NCBI GenBank assembly: GCA_947627835.1
Contig: CANQXM010000002.1
Span: 1 to 38,123, forward strand
DNA: 38,123 nt
Reading direction: 5' to 3'
Origin: an uncultured Bacilli bacterium
Lineage (GTDB): Bacteria; Bacillota_I; Bacilli_A; RF39; UBA660
Positions 24,011-32,731 of the stretch are shown one piece after another (the first letter of the stretch is position 1; each line of letters begins with the position of its first letter). A model generated the notes under the pieces. It did not search any database. It saw only the letters and a program-made list of their open reading frames with translations, and was not told the origin of the DNA. Both the position numbers and the translations under genes were made by a program.

Positions 24011-25127
24011 TGAAAACTCCATTTAAATACATTTTTTCTGTATTTTGAGATTCTCTTGGCATTTCTTCCGAGAATCTTTTGAGTACGCTTCCCTTTTTTG
24101 GGTTAAAAGTAACAGAATAAATTTGGTCTGGACGAAGGATGGTGTTATTTAATAAATTGGTTGAATGGGAAGCTAAGAAAATTTGTGAGTTTTTCGCATA
24201 GTGAAAAAAGAATTTCAAAAAGCTTTCTTCTAGTTCATTATGAAACCCACTACTAAATTCATCAACGACGATGATACAATCATTTTTGATAGCATGTAAG
24301 AAAGAAGGAATTAATTGCATTAATGTAACATTTCCAGTAGATTCAAATATTTCAGGAATATAAATATTTGTTCCATTTTTATTAAAAGAAACATATTTTT
24401 TGTTATTATCTATTACTACTTGAATTTTTCCTTTTAAATCTATCTTCTCTTTTCCATAAGAAATGGTTTGTGGGTAATTAATTTGTTCTAGGAATTTATT
24501 TATCATGCTTACATCATGTTCATTTAAATAATCATGAATTAACAATGATTCGTCTGTATAGCAATGGGCTTTACGTGTATAACAATTAATATAGACTGAG
24601 TTTTTCATATAATCAAACCACTTATTTAGTAACTTATCATCATAGAAATGAGTATCAAAATAAATTCTTCTTAAAAAGGGTAGTTTTTCAGAAACATTAT
24701 CAAAATTTTTTTCTTTCTCAAAAGTAAATTGGGCATTTTTTCCAAGTCTCTTTAAAATATTTTGATCATTGATATAGAGTTCTTCTGCAACAATTTTTGT
24801 TAAATCGAGCTCAATATAATAGCGAATAGTTTGATTATCTATTAAAAAAGTATACTCAAATTCATAAGTTTCTTTTTCACTATAAAAACTTTTTTTAAAT
24901 AAAAAATCGTTTTCCTTATTATCAAAGAGAATATCTAATAGAAAACGAATGGCTTCCAGTATTTTGGTTTTTCCTGAGGCGTTTTCTCCGACGAAAAGAC
25001 ATCCTTTTAAGATTCGATTGGCTCCAACATTTTCACTTTCTAAAAATTTATAGTTTGTAGCTGAAAAATCAATTTCAGTCTTATTTAAAAATGTTGTATA
25101 ATTGTTGATCATAATTTTTTTTAGCAT
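23973..25127 (-). CDS. ABC/OLD-type (AAA_21-like) ATPase, module B
   Basis: Walker A GENASGKT. Signature-like FESTGNVT. Walker B CIIVVDEFSSG. H-loop LASHSTNLL. C-terminal YLNGVFNGMP. Confidence 0.85.
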   Translation of the reverse strand: MLKKIMINNYTTFLNKTEIDFSATNYKFLESENVGANRILKGCLFVGENASGKTKILEAIRFLLDILFDNKENDFLFKKSFYSEKETYEFEYTFLIDNQTIRYYIELDLTKIVAEELYINDQNILKRLGKNAQFTFEKEKNFDNVSEKLPFLRRIYFDTHFYDDKLLNKWFDYMKNSVYINCYTRKAHCYTDESLLIHDYLNEHDVSMINKFLEQINYPQTISYGKEKIDLKGKIQVVIDNNKKYVSFNKNGTNIYIPEIFESTGNVTLMQLIPSFLHAIKNDCIIVVDEFSSGFHNELEESFLKFFFHYAKNSQIFLASHSTNLLNNTILRPDQIYSVTFNPKKGSVLKRFSEEMPRESQNTEKMYLNGVFNGMPKYNKHFKD

Positions 25128-25150
25128 AAAACATTTCCCCTTTTGATACT

Positions 25151-25179
25151 ATTATGCATCAAATGTAAAAAAATTACAA
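25151..25179 (-). promoter_or_regulatory. Promoter candidate for ATPase B
   Basis: On the minus strand, TTGTAA (25179-25174), a 17-nt spacer, then CATAAT (25156-25151), about 25 nt upstream of the ATG at 25127. A second, near-consensus TTGACT-16-TATAAT lies at 25239-25212, upstream of the hairpin. Confidence 0.35.
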
Positions 25180-25208
25180 TCAATTTTATTTAATTGTAAT
25201 TTTTTTAC
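25165..25208. terminator. 16-bp AT-rich perfect hairpin at the end of the polysaccharide operon
   Basis: GTAAAAAAATTACAAT (25165-25180) / ATTGTAATTTTTTTAC (25193-25208) with a 12-nt loop. It lies 34 nt downstream of the FrhB-like stop codon, and the T7 run lies inside the 3' arm on either strand. Confidence 0.45.
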
Positions 25209-25241
25209 ACTATTATAATATTTCTTTAGTAAAAGTCAACT

Positions 25242-26366
25242 TTATTTGAATAATCTTTTGATTCTTGCTTTCCAATTCCTTTTCTTTTTGCTATATTTTT
25301 TAGACAACTTTGTTATATCCAATTTGGAAAAATCTTGAAAAAATTTTTCTCTTTTTTTGGTAAATTCTGCTGATTTTATTAAAGAGCTATTCCCTTTTGT
25401 TATTTCCTCTAACTGACATTCATAAGAAATAATTTGCTCTTTGATTTCATGAAATAATTCTTCCCCTTTTTTGGTATTGATAATGACTGCAGAAGATCCG
25501 TTATCATTATATAATTTTTCATAATGTTCTTTTACTCCCCAGAAATCTCCCAGTGTAATATCAGAATATTTATTTCCTAATTTAAAATGACATTGATAAC
25601 AACTTTCTCTTAAAGCTACATCGGATAAAAATAATTTCATATAATCGTTATCTTTTGCTAGTTGTGTGAAGCGTTTCTTATTTTCAAAGGTCGCTTCATT
25701 TGAGTAAGTTATCCACCCCGTAGACTTATCTCGAAAATTATAAGTTTTTAACTTGGCATTTTCTCTTATTTCTAATTCTTTTATATATTCTTCAAATAAC
25801 TTAGAACTTGGTACACCATGACAAATCAAATCCACACAAATTAAATTTTCATCTTCCTTTTTTAAAAAGGATTTTAAGCCAGCTACTTGGCAAGGGGTTC
25901 CAACAAAGAGAATCTTTTTATTTTTTAGATTTTCTTTTATATAACGAAAGCTATTTCCTAAATCACTTTGCAGATATTTGCTTCCTTTTAACTTCGTCAA
26001 ATCTTCTTTTTTCGTTATAGCGATATGTTTTAATTTTTGATCTAGCAACGCGGCACCAATCACAATTCCTTCGTGATTTAAAATATAGTTTGCAATGGCC
26101 GAAAAGATTCCGCCGGAAGAAGAAGTTAAAATTTCTTGTTCCTTTTTATTATAAGCAAGATAGCATTGGTTTCTGGCTTTATTTTCTTTTGTATTTAATA
26201 CCGGGCATGTCTTTTGACATAAACCACAATTGATGCATTTTTCTTGATCAATTTCTGGATGAAGAAATCCTTCTTTATCTTTTTTCATTTGAATGGCATT
26301 TTTCGGACAAATGCTATAGCACGCAGTACACCCAGTACAATTTTCTTTTTCAATCACTTTTTCCAT
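25242..26366 (-). CDS. FrhB-like (coenzyme F420 hydrogenase/dehydrogenase beta subunit family) protein with an N-terminal 2x[4Fe-4S] ferredoxin domain
   Basis: CTGCTACYSICP and CINCGLCQKTCP ferredoxin motifs. The remainder (GTPCQVAGLK, LICHGVPS) matches the FrhB-type domain that commonly accompanies polysaccharide pyruvyl transferases. Confidence 0.75.
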   Translation of the reverse strand: MEKVIEKENCTGCTACYSICPKNAIQMKKDKEGFLHPEIDQEKCINCGLCQKTCPVLNTKENKARNQCYLAYNKKEQEILTSSSGGIFSAIANYILNHEGIVIGAALLDQKLKHIAITKKEDLTKLKGSKYLQSDLGNSFRYIKENLKNKKILFVGTPCQVAGLKSFLKKEDENLICVDLICHGVPSSKLFEEYIKELEIRENAKLKTYNFRDKSTGWITYSNEATFENKKRFTQLAKDNDYMKLFLSDVALRESCYQCHFKLGNKYSDITLGDFWGVKEHYEKLYNDNGSSAVIINTKKGEELFHEIKEQIISYECQLEEITKGNSSLIKSAEFTKKREKFFQDFSKLDITKLSKKYSKKKRNWKARIKRLFK

Positions 26367-26367
26367 A

Positions 26368-27615
26368 TTAATCTAGCCATCCATTATTTTTATAAGTTCC
26401 TTTATTTATCTGATATTGCTTTAACCATGATTTTGGCACTATTTTTTTTATCAAGTTTTTAAAACTTTGTTTCGTTGGAATAAATGAAAGAATATAAGCC
26501 ATCGCTGGAACTGTTTTTCCGTCCTTTTTGTAATAAGATAATATTTCGCCATACTCTTCTTTTTTTTCAAAGTTTTTCTTATCATGATCTCTAGCCCATT
26601 TTAATGCTCCAGCAAGGAATTTTACTTTATTTTTTTGATAATGTTTCAAATCAAATACATTGGCGTAGTGATCTAACTCATTAATTGCATCTAATGCTAA
26701 CATCGTTCGAATACACTTTTCGCAATTACTGCAATTGGTTGCTTTCTCATGTCTTACACATACATTTAACCAATTATATGTTTCATTATGATGAGCGATA
26801 AACTCTACTTTTTCCATTCTGGTTGCTTCAATACCGCTACTATAAACCGTTGTATTTTGATTACTCAAACATTGAACATTTAAAATGTCATAATCAGCTG
26901 TAGATTCAGCAGTAATCGCGGTATCATTAAAGTTTGCTCCACTAGAAAAATAATATATTTTAAATAGTTTTTGTAATGCTAAAACACAACCCAGTGTTCG
27001 AAAACTATGAGTAGCAAAGTGACTCATTTTAATAAACTCATTCATATTTGAATCAACAGTTACTAATTTTAAATTCTGTTCTTTGCAAAATCCAGAGACA
27101 TATTCTAATCTTTTATGAAAAAGTTCTCTTGCTTCTTTTCCTCCATTATCTCCATGTGAACCGGCATTGAAAAAGGTTAAATGTGTGATATTGTACTGAT
27201 TATCTAATTGATTTCGATGTTTTAAAAATGTATAAAAAGAATCTACTCCACATGATATACCGGTTCCAACTGCTTTGGGATGAAACTCTACATTATTTAC
27301 TTCTGTTTTGATTTGAATATTTCTTTTATGTAAATTATTACTCAATAATGGAATTAAATAAGTTGTTAATTGATAATATAATTGTGAACTAATAGCACCT
27401 TTTACTTCAACATCAAGCTCATGTTTTATTAAATAAGAAAGGATTGCTACTAAGAATGCGTCTGAATTTTCGGCACATAAGTAATCTTTGTACTCTTTTT
27501 CAACTTCAAACCATAAGTCATAAGTTTTCTTTTCTTCATAAATTAACGTTGCTATTAATCGATATTTTCCTTCTACTTGTTCGATTCTTGGTTTTTCTAT
27601 TATTACTTTATTCAT
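26368..27615 (-). CDS. Hypothetical protein with a PP-loop-like motif and a QueC-like Cys cluster
   Basis: AVGTGISCGVDSFYTF resembles the SGGxDS PP-loop of adenine-nucleotide alpha-hydrolases. NCSNCEKCIRT resembles the C-terminal CxxCxxCxxR zinc motif of QueC-type enzymes. AGAGGTG RBS. The functional call is speculative. Confidence 0.55.
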   Translation of the reverse strand: MNKVIIEKPRIEQVEGKYRLIATLIYEEKKTYDLWFEVEKEYKDYLCAENSDAFLVAILSYLIKHELDVEVKGAISSQLYYQLTTYLIPLLSNNLHKRNIQIKTEVNNVEFHPKAVGTGISCGVDSFYTFLKHRNQLDNQYNITHLTFFNAGSHGDNGGKEARELFHKRLEYVSGFCKEQNLKLVTVDSNMNEFIKMSHFATHSFRTLGCVLALQKLFKIYYFSSGANFNDTAITAESTADYDILNVQCLSNQNTTVYSSGIEATRMEKVEFIAHHNETYNWLNVCVRHEKATNCSNCEKCIRTMLALDAINELDHYANVFDLKHYQKNKVKFLAGALKWARDHDKKNFEKKEEYGEILSYYKKDGKTVPAMAYILSFIPTKQSFKNLIKKIVPKSWLKQYQINKGTYKNNGWLD

Positions 27616-27627
27616 TTTACACCTCTA

Positions 27628-28848
27628 TTATATTTCATATTCTAATTGATTATTGATTTCTTTCTTGTTTTGATTCAAAAAACGATTATATATTTTCAAG
27701 TTATCTTTTATTAATTTTTCTTTTTCTTCTTTATCTGTTTCATTTTGAATCAAATCATATAAAGAATAGACTTTTACATATCCGTCTTTTTCTTCTTTAC
27801 TTTTTAAAATTGTGAATGAATATTTATCAATCTTTTTTTCTTCCTTATCAATATAGGCATGTAGTAATATTGAATACTCACTCATGTATTCCTTTTTATA
27901 ATATTTGGTCCGGTATGAAGTAATCATATTTCCTAAAGAATAGGATATCAATTGATTTTCTTTATGAACTAACTTTTGAACTACATGAGGATGCGTTCCT
28001 ACAATTAATGGGACATTTGTAGCGCTAATTTGCTTTAGAATGGTCTCTGTAAAAGATCCAGGATTTTCGTTAAACTGACCTCCAGAATGAAGCATGAAAA
28101 TGGTTATATCACTTTTCTTTTGGGCTTCTTTGATTTCTTCTTCACATTTTCTTACTATATCCGAATTTATTATCCATTCTCCTGTATGTAATTCATCTAC
28201 AACAATTGAATTTTCTATAGGTACAAAATGGATTGGGTAATTGATTAATTCTTTCACTATATTTTTTATATATTTCTTATAAAGATTTTTGTAAAAAAAA
28301 CTTTGATTATAGCATTGCCATTCCTTATTTGAATTTTGTTCTTTTATTAAATTGATTTGCTCCCGATTTTTTTCATTTATTTTATAGTGATTATATCCAT
28401 AATTTGTACCATATGTATATCCTAAAAAAGCAATCTTGATACCATTCAGTTCTACTATTTTATATTTCTTTTTTTCATTTTTTAGAGTAGTTCCTACGTA
28501 TTCCATATTCCACTTTTTGATGTTTTTCATCGTTTGATTTAAGCCATTGATTCCTCGATCTAAGCAATGATTGTTTGATGTCATTAGCATTTTAAAATTA
28601 GCTTTGTTTAGTGCTTTTAAAAAATTTTCAGGCGTATTAAAAGAATACCATTCGTTTGTGTAACCTCCCTTTTTACAAACGGGAGTTTCTAGATTCCCTA
28701 CCACATAATCAGAATTTTGTAAATATTTTAAAATGGGTGTGAAAATTTCTTCAAAATTGTATGAGTGTTTTTTTAACGTTTTTATTAATGGCCATTCACA
28801 GATTAAATCACCAGTGAAACTAATTTTTATTCTGTTTTCGTCTTTCAT
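27628..28848 (-). CDS. CapA/PGA_cap-family metallophosphatase-like protein
   Basis: ISFTGDL..., GNLETPV, NNHCLDRG and GTHPHVVQ are the characteristic CapA-family blocks. Confidence 0.75.
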   Translation of the reverse strand: MKDENRIKISFTGDLICEWPLIKTLKKHSYNFEEIFTPILKYLQNSDYVVGNLETPVCKKGGYTNEWYSFNTPENFLKALNKANFKMLMTSNNHCLDRGINGLNQTMKNIKKWNMEYVGTTLKNEKKKYKIVELNGIKIAFLGYTYGTNYGYNHYKINEKNREQINLIKEQNSNKEWQCYNQSFFYKNLYKKYIKNIVKELINYPIHFVPIENSIVVDELHTGEWIINSDIVRKCEEEIKEAQKKSDITIFMLHSGGQFNENPGSFTETILKQISATNVPLIVGTHPHVVQKLVHKENQLISYSLGNMITSYRTKYYKKEYMSEYSILLHAYIDKEEKKIDKYSFTILKSKEEKDGYVKVYSLYDLIQNETDKEEKEKLIKDNLKIYNRFLNQNKKEINNQLEYEI

Positions 28849-30371
28849 ATTTTTCTTCCTATCAATTTATTTTTAAATTCTCTAATCATTTCTTTTTCAT
28901 AATCTGTTAAGTAGAAACGGGAAATGCTTAAATAAGTTATCGTGTAAATGAGTAACCAGATGAATAAAATGAACCATGAAGTGATTTGAATGTGAAAGAG
29001 ATTTATCACGCCGAAAAATAATAATGTTTCGGTAATTAAAGCTATAAAGATATTTAAAGTTTCTTTGGTAAATCTTATCATATCTAAATGTAAGGATTTA
29101 TGATAATAAATGTTTTTAATTACTATATTTCCTATGAATAAAGAAATTGCTGTACCAATAGCTGCACCAAGACCTCCATACATTTTAATTAAGGGAATAC
29201 TTACGATAATATTTAAAATAGAGGTAATGATTAGTACTTTTGGTAAGAATTGATGTTTATTTTTAGCTTGGGTAATGCTAATGACTGAATTTTTGATTAA
29301 AGAATCTATCATTGGAATCATTAATGCTAATCCAATATAATAGGCATCTTGATATTCTTGACCAACCCACAGAATAATAAAGTTTTTACCAAAAACAATA
29401 AAGCCAGTTAAGATTAGTCCAACGACCATTAATTGAATTCTTCCCGTACGAATCAGTACATCTGTAAATTCTTGATCCGTTGCTTTGTTTTCAACCATCT
29501 TAGTCATTTTTGGAAGCAAGACTCCACTGATTGCTGTTGAAAAAGAAATATATACTTGATTGATATGAGATGCGATGGCATATATGGATACTGCTGCTGC
29601 TCCACTAAGACTGCCAATCAAGAAATTATCAATGCTCCAATTTACTTTGTCAACAACCGTATTTATAAATATCCAAAAGGAAAAAGAAAAGATTGCGAAT
29701 AGTAGTTTAAAATCTATTTTTCCAAATTTAATTTTCGTTTTAATTTTATATTTACAATATAGGGCACTAAATAATAAACTTAAAATATTTAAAACGGTAA
29801 TCACAATTGCCAAAGCAACCGACTTAAATCCAAAAGAAAGTAAAATAAGCATCGTTACTGGTTGTAAGATGATGGTTACAATATTCACCAATTTGGCAAA
29901 GATAAACTTTTCGTATGCCGTTACAATGGATGAAAATACACTTAATGGAAAAGTCACTGCTAAATTAAAAGTTAAAATTAACATTAGTTTTTTAGCTGTA
30001 ACTAATTCATAAGCATTCATTGTGGCACCAAATAAATTTTCGACATTTAGATATATTGTAAATCCAAATAAAGCTACTAGTAATCCTATGATGGTGTATA
30101 CAATGATAAACATTCCATACAAGTTATGCTCTTTTTCAAATTCTTTTTTAACTCGATATCGATTTGAATAAACTACTAAAGCACTTGCAAATCCAAAATC
30201 TAAAATGGTTAATGTAGATATAATAGAAGATACCATCGAATATAGTCCATACTCACTTTGTCCTAGACTTCTTGTTAAAATCGGTGTGTAAAATAAAGTG
30301 ATTACTAAGTTTAACATGATTACTACATAAGATAGTAAGGCGCCTATTTTTCTTTGGTTTTCATCATTCAT
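28845..30371 (-). CDS. Oligosaccharide flippase (Wzx-type, MOP superfamily)
   Basis: 508 aa, hydrophobic throughout with roughly 12-14 predicted TM segments. The N-terminal ...LTRSLGQSEYGLYSMV is typical of the polysaccharide biosynthesis protein family. 4-nt overlap with the next gene. Confidence 0.8.
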   Translation of the reverse strand: MNDENQRKIGALLSYVVIMLNLVITLFYTPILTRSLGQSEYGLYSMVSSIISTLTILDFGFASALVVYSNRYRVKKEFEKEHNLYGMFIIVYTIIGLLVALFGFTIYLNVENLFGATMNAYELVTAKKLMLILTFNLAVTFPLSVFSSIVTAYEKFIFAKLVNIVTIILQPVTMLILLSFGFKSVALAIVITVLNILSLLFSALYCKYKIKTKIKFGKIDFKLLFAIFSFSFWIFINTVVDKVNWSIDNFLIGSLSGAAAVSIYAIASHINQVYISFSTAISGVLLPKMTKMVENKATDQEFTDVLIRTGRIQLMVVGLILTGFIVFGKNFIILWVGQEYQDAYYIGLALMIPMIDSLIKNSVISITQAKNKHQFLPKVLIITSILNIIVSIPLIKMYGGLGAAIGTAISLFIGNIVIKNIYYHKSLHLDMIRFTKETLNIFIALITETLLFFGVINLFHIQITSWFILFIWLLIYTITYLSISRFYLTDYEKEMIREFKNKLIGRKI

Positions 30372-30386
30372 TCAAAGTCATCCTTT

Positions 30387-31673
30387 CTATTGATTTTTCT
30401 TCTTTCTTGTAAATGCATAGGTGTAAAAAATAAATAAAAGTGAAATTAAAAATGTTTCATCATACATGGTAAAGATTCGAGCATAGATGCTAAATATCAA
30501 AAGACATATTGCTATAAAAAAGACATGAAATTTACTTAAATTTTTAAAGTAATAACGATAAAAAGTTGTATACAAATAAATTAGTATGAAAACGTATATT
30601 AGTCCTCCATTATATACCCTTGAAGTCATTTCATTTAATCCGAAGTGTTTAGGAGCACTGGGTTCATCAAATAAACGGATAGATCCGATTCCTTTTCCTA
30701 TATATAACCCATTGCCATATTCTAAAGCATATTTTAAAAGTTCAATTCTTTCTTCTGTAACTTTTCCAGTATCTGTAATACTACCGGTAATGTTTTCTTT
30801 AGTTCTTAAAATATGTTCTTCAATAATTTTTTCATTGACAAAAGTATGTACTTTTTCGTTTCCTACATAAAGAGCAATTCCTGCAGTTAACATGATACAT
30901 GCTCCTAATAAAAGCATTTTCATTTTCTTCTTATTAATTTTTATTTTTTTGTCTTCTTTTTTCCATAAATCATTTAATATCATTGGAATTAAAAAGAAAA
31001 CTAATAGAAAATAATACATTCGATTATCATTGAATGCTGATACATATATTGAAGAAATAATAATAAATACCATCATAACTCGTGCAGTCATTCTAGTCTT
31101 TTTATTTTGATGATAAAAATAGCAATAATTTAAAAGTAAACATGCTAAAGTGAGAAAACTTAAACGATGCGTTCCATTGGTTCCTAGTAATCCGCAAATT
31201 TGATCTGTGTAAAAATTATTGTTTGAAAAATTACGAATTAAAAAGCCAGGTTGATAAAATTGGATAATGGTGACAATCGAATTAATAATGTAATATGCAT
31301 TTAAAATAATAAATGATGGTTTTAAAATAATTTTTTCAAAGCGTTTTTGATCTCTTGCAAAAAAGCGAAAGCAAAGAACAATGGTTAATGGTAAAAAGCC
31401 ATATGAGATTACTTCTGTAATCCAGTAGGGATGATTTTTGGTGAGTAGCATGTTGATGGCAATATATCCCAAATATAATAAGACTGCTCCCAGTTCTTTT
31501 TTATTAAAAGTTAGATTACGAAGATTTAAAAGAGCAAGAAGAATACAAAATGCAAAACTAATATATCGAAGCATATTGGTATTATTGTACCATCTTAAGA
31601 ATAAAACACAGAAAGCCATTAGATAGAAAGCCACAAAATATACTAAACTCATTATGTTTATTTTTTTGTTCAT
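30387..31673 (-). CDS. Polytopic membrane protein, probable O-antigen/EPS polymerase (Wzy-like)
   Basis: 428 aa with about 10 or more TM segments and one larger hydrophilic loop (aa ~270-330), positioned between the pyruvyl transferase and Wzx genes. No strict motif; the call rests on context. Confidence 0.55.
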   Translation of the reverse strand: MNKKINIMSLVYFVAFYLMAFCVLFLRWYNNTNMLRYISFAFCILLALLNLRNLTFNKKELGAVLLYLGYIAINMLLTKNHPYWITEVISYGFLPLTIVLCFRFFARDQKRFEKIILKPSFIILNAYYIINSIVTIIQFYQPGFLIRNFSNNNFYTDQICGLLGTNGTHRLSFLTLACLLLNYCYFYHQNKKTRMTARVMMVFIIISSIYVSAFNDNRMYYFLLVFFLIPMILNDLWKKEDKKIKINKKKMKMLLLGACIMLTAGIALYVGNEKVHTFVNEKIIEEHILRTKENITGSITDTGKVTEERIELLKYALEYGNGLYIGKGIGSIRLFDEPSAPKHFGLNEMTSRVYNGGLIYVFILIYLYTTFYRYYFKNLSKFHVFFIAICLLIFSIYARIFTMYDETFLISLLFIFYTYAFTRKKKNQ

Positions 31674-32722
31674 AGTATCTTCTCCATTAATGCATTCATC
31701 AGATATTTTTGAGATTTTTTTTGCTCTTTTTGGATAATCTTATTGCTATTTGTAAAATCACAAGTTAATGATTTTTCGGATAATTTTCTTTTAAATTCTC
31801 TATCTTCTAACTTTAATAATTTTAATAGTTGTTCTATTCTTGAATACATGTTTTTATTTTGATCATTTCTTTTATAAACGATAAATGGCACGTTAAATAT
31901 CGTAGCAAAGACAGCCGAATGAAAAGAATCCGTACAAATTAACATAGCATTTTTTTCTAAGTATAAAAACTCTTCTGGACTGCTTTGATAATATTTGCTT
32001 TTCTTATCTAATAAATTAATAATGGTTGCATTTTGCTTTTTAGCAAATTCTTTTAATTCTACTGTTTTTTGTTCATCTAAATTCCCTAGAAAATAAGTTA
32101 AAATATATTTGGAAGGTACTTGAGATGGTTTTTTCATTACTTTTAACCATTCTTCTTTTGTTAATAATAAAGTTGGATCTACTAATACTTCTACTTTCTT
32201 TATACCAAGATTTTTTATTAGATTGGCTCCTGCTTCTTCTCTTACAGATAAGTCTTTAAAGCGATTTAAGTATTTTTTATATTCTTCTTTTTTATTATTT
32301 TCTAACTTGCTAATTCCAAAACTAGCTGCATAAGAAATATTTTTTTCGCGAGGCGAGAATTTCAATAGTGTTAACTCTCTATTGACACTTGGAAAATTAT
32401 AATTCCAAACTTGATCGCTACCCACAATAAAGTAATCATAATCTTTTTCTAATTGTTTTAAATTATGATATTTTTTTGTGGTAATGTTTTTTTGTGAGAA
32501 ATCTTTGATTCGGTTATATCTTTTTCGTTCAGCTGCTGGTGCAAGCATTCTTTTTAGCCATTTTTTTATATTTGTTTTTTTGTTTTCTTGGTTGGTAAAT
32601 TCAATCGTTTCTGCAATGTAGTATTCATTCATCTTGGTTATGAATGTTTGCAATGCATAGTTTTGAAGTCGATTTCCATAATTGACATAACCATTTAAAG
32701 TAATAATTCCTACTTTTTTCAT
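31670..32722 (-). CDS. Polysaccharide pyruvyl transferase family protein
   Basis: N-terminal KKVGIITLNGYVNYGNRLQNYALQ and C-terminal ICTDSFHSAVFATIFNVPFIV are typical of PS_pyruv_trans proteins. Confidence 0.8.
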   Translation of the reverse strand: MKKVGIITLNGYVNYGNRLQNYALQTFITKMNEYYIAETIEFTNQENKKTNIKKWLKRMLAPAAERKRYNRIKDFSQKNITTKKYHNLKQLEKDYDYFIVGSDQVWNYNFPSVNRELTLLKFSPREKNISYAASFGISKLENNKKEEYKKYLNRFKDLSVREEAGANLIKNLGIKKVEVLVDPTLLLTKEEWLKVMKKPSQVPSKYILTYFLGNLDEQKTVELKEFAKKQNATIINLLDKKSKYYQSSPEEFLYLEKNAMLICTDSFHSAVFATIFNVPFIVYKRNDQNKNMYSRIEQLLKLLKLEDREFKRKLSEKSLTCDFTNSNKIIQKEQKKSQKYLMNALMEKIL

Positions 32723-32731
32723 AAAGTGCCT

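Noticed and set aside
16884-25241. I searched for mobile-element hallmarks around the defence-like block: integrase, transposase, tRNA target, and flanking direct or inverted repeats.
   Set aside because: No recombinase-like ORF or tRNA was recognised, and I could not find matching flanking repeats by eye. The block therefore cannot be called a mobile element from this sequence alone.
27628-28848. The CapA-like gene as evidence for poly-gamma-glutamate capsule synthesis.
   Set aside because: No CapB (amide ligase) or CapC genes are present. The surrounding genes are a standard Wzx/Wzy glycan pathway, so the protein is more likely a tailoring or processing enzyme.
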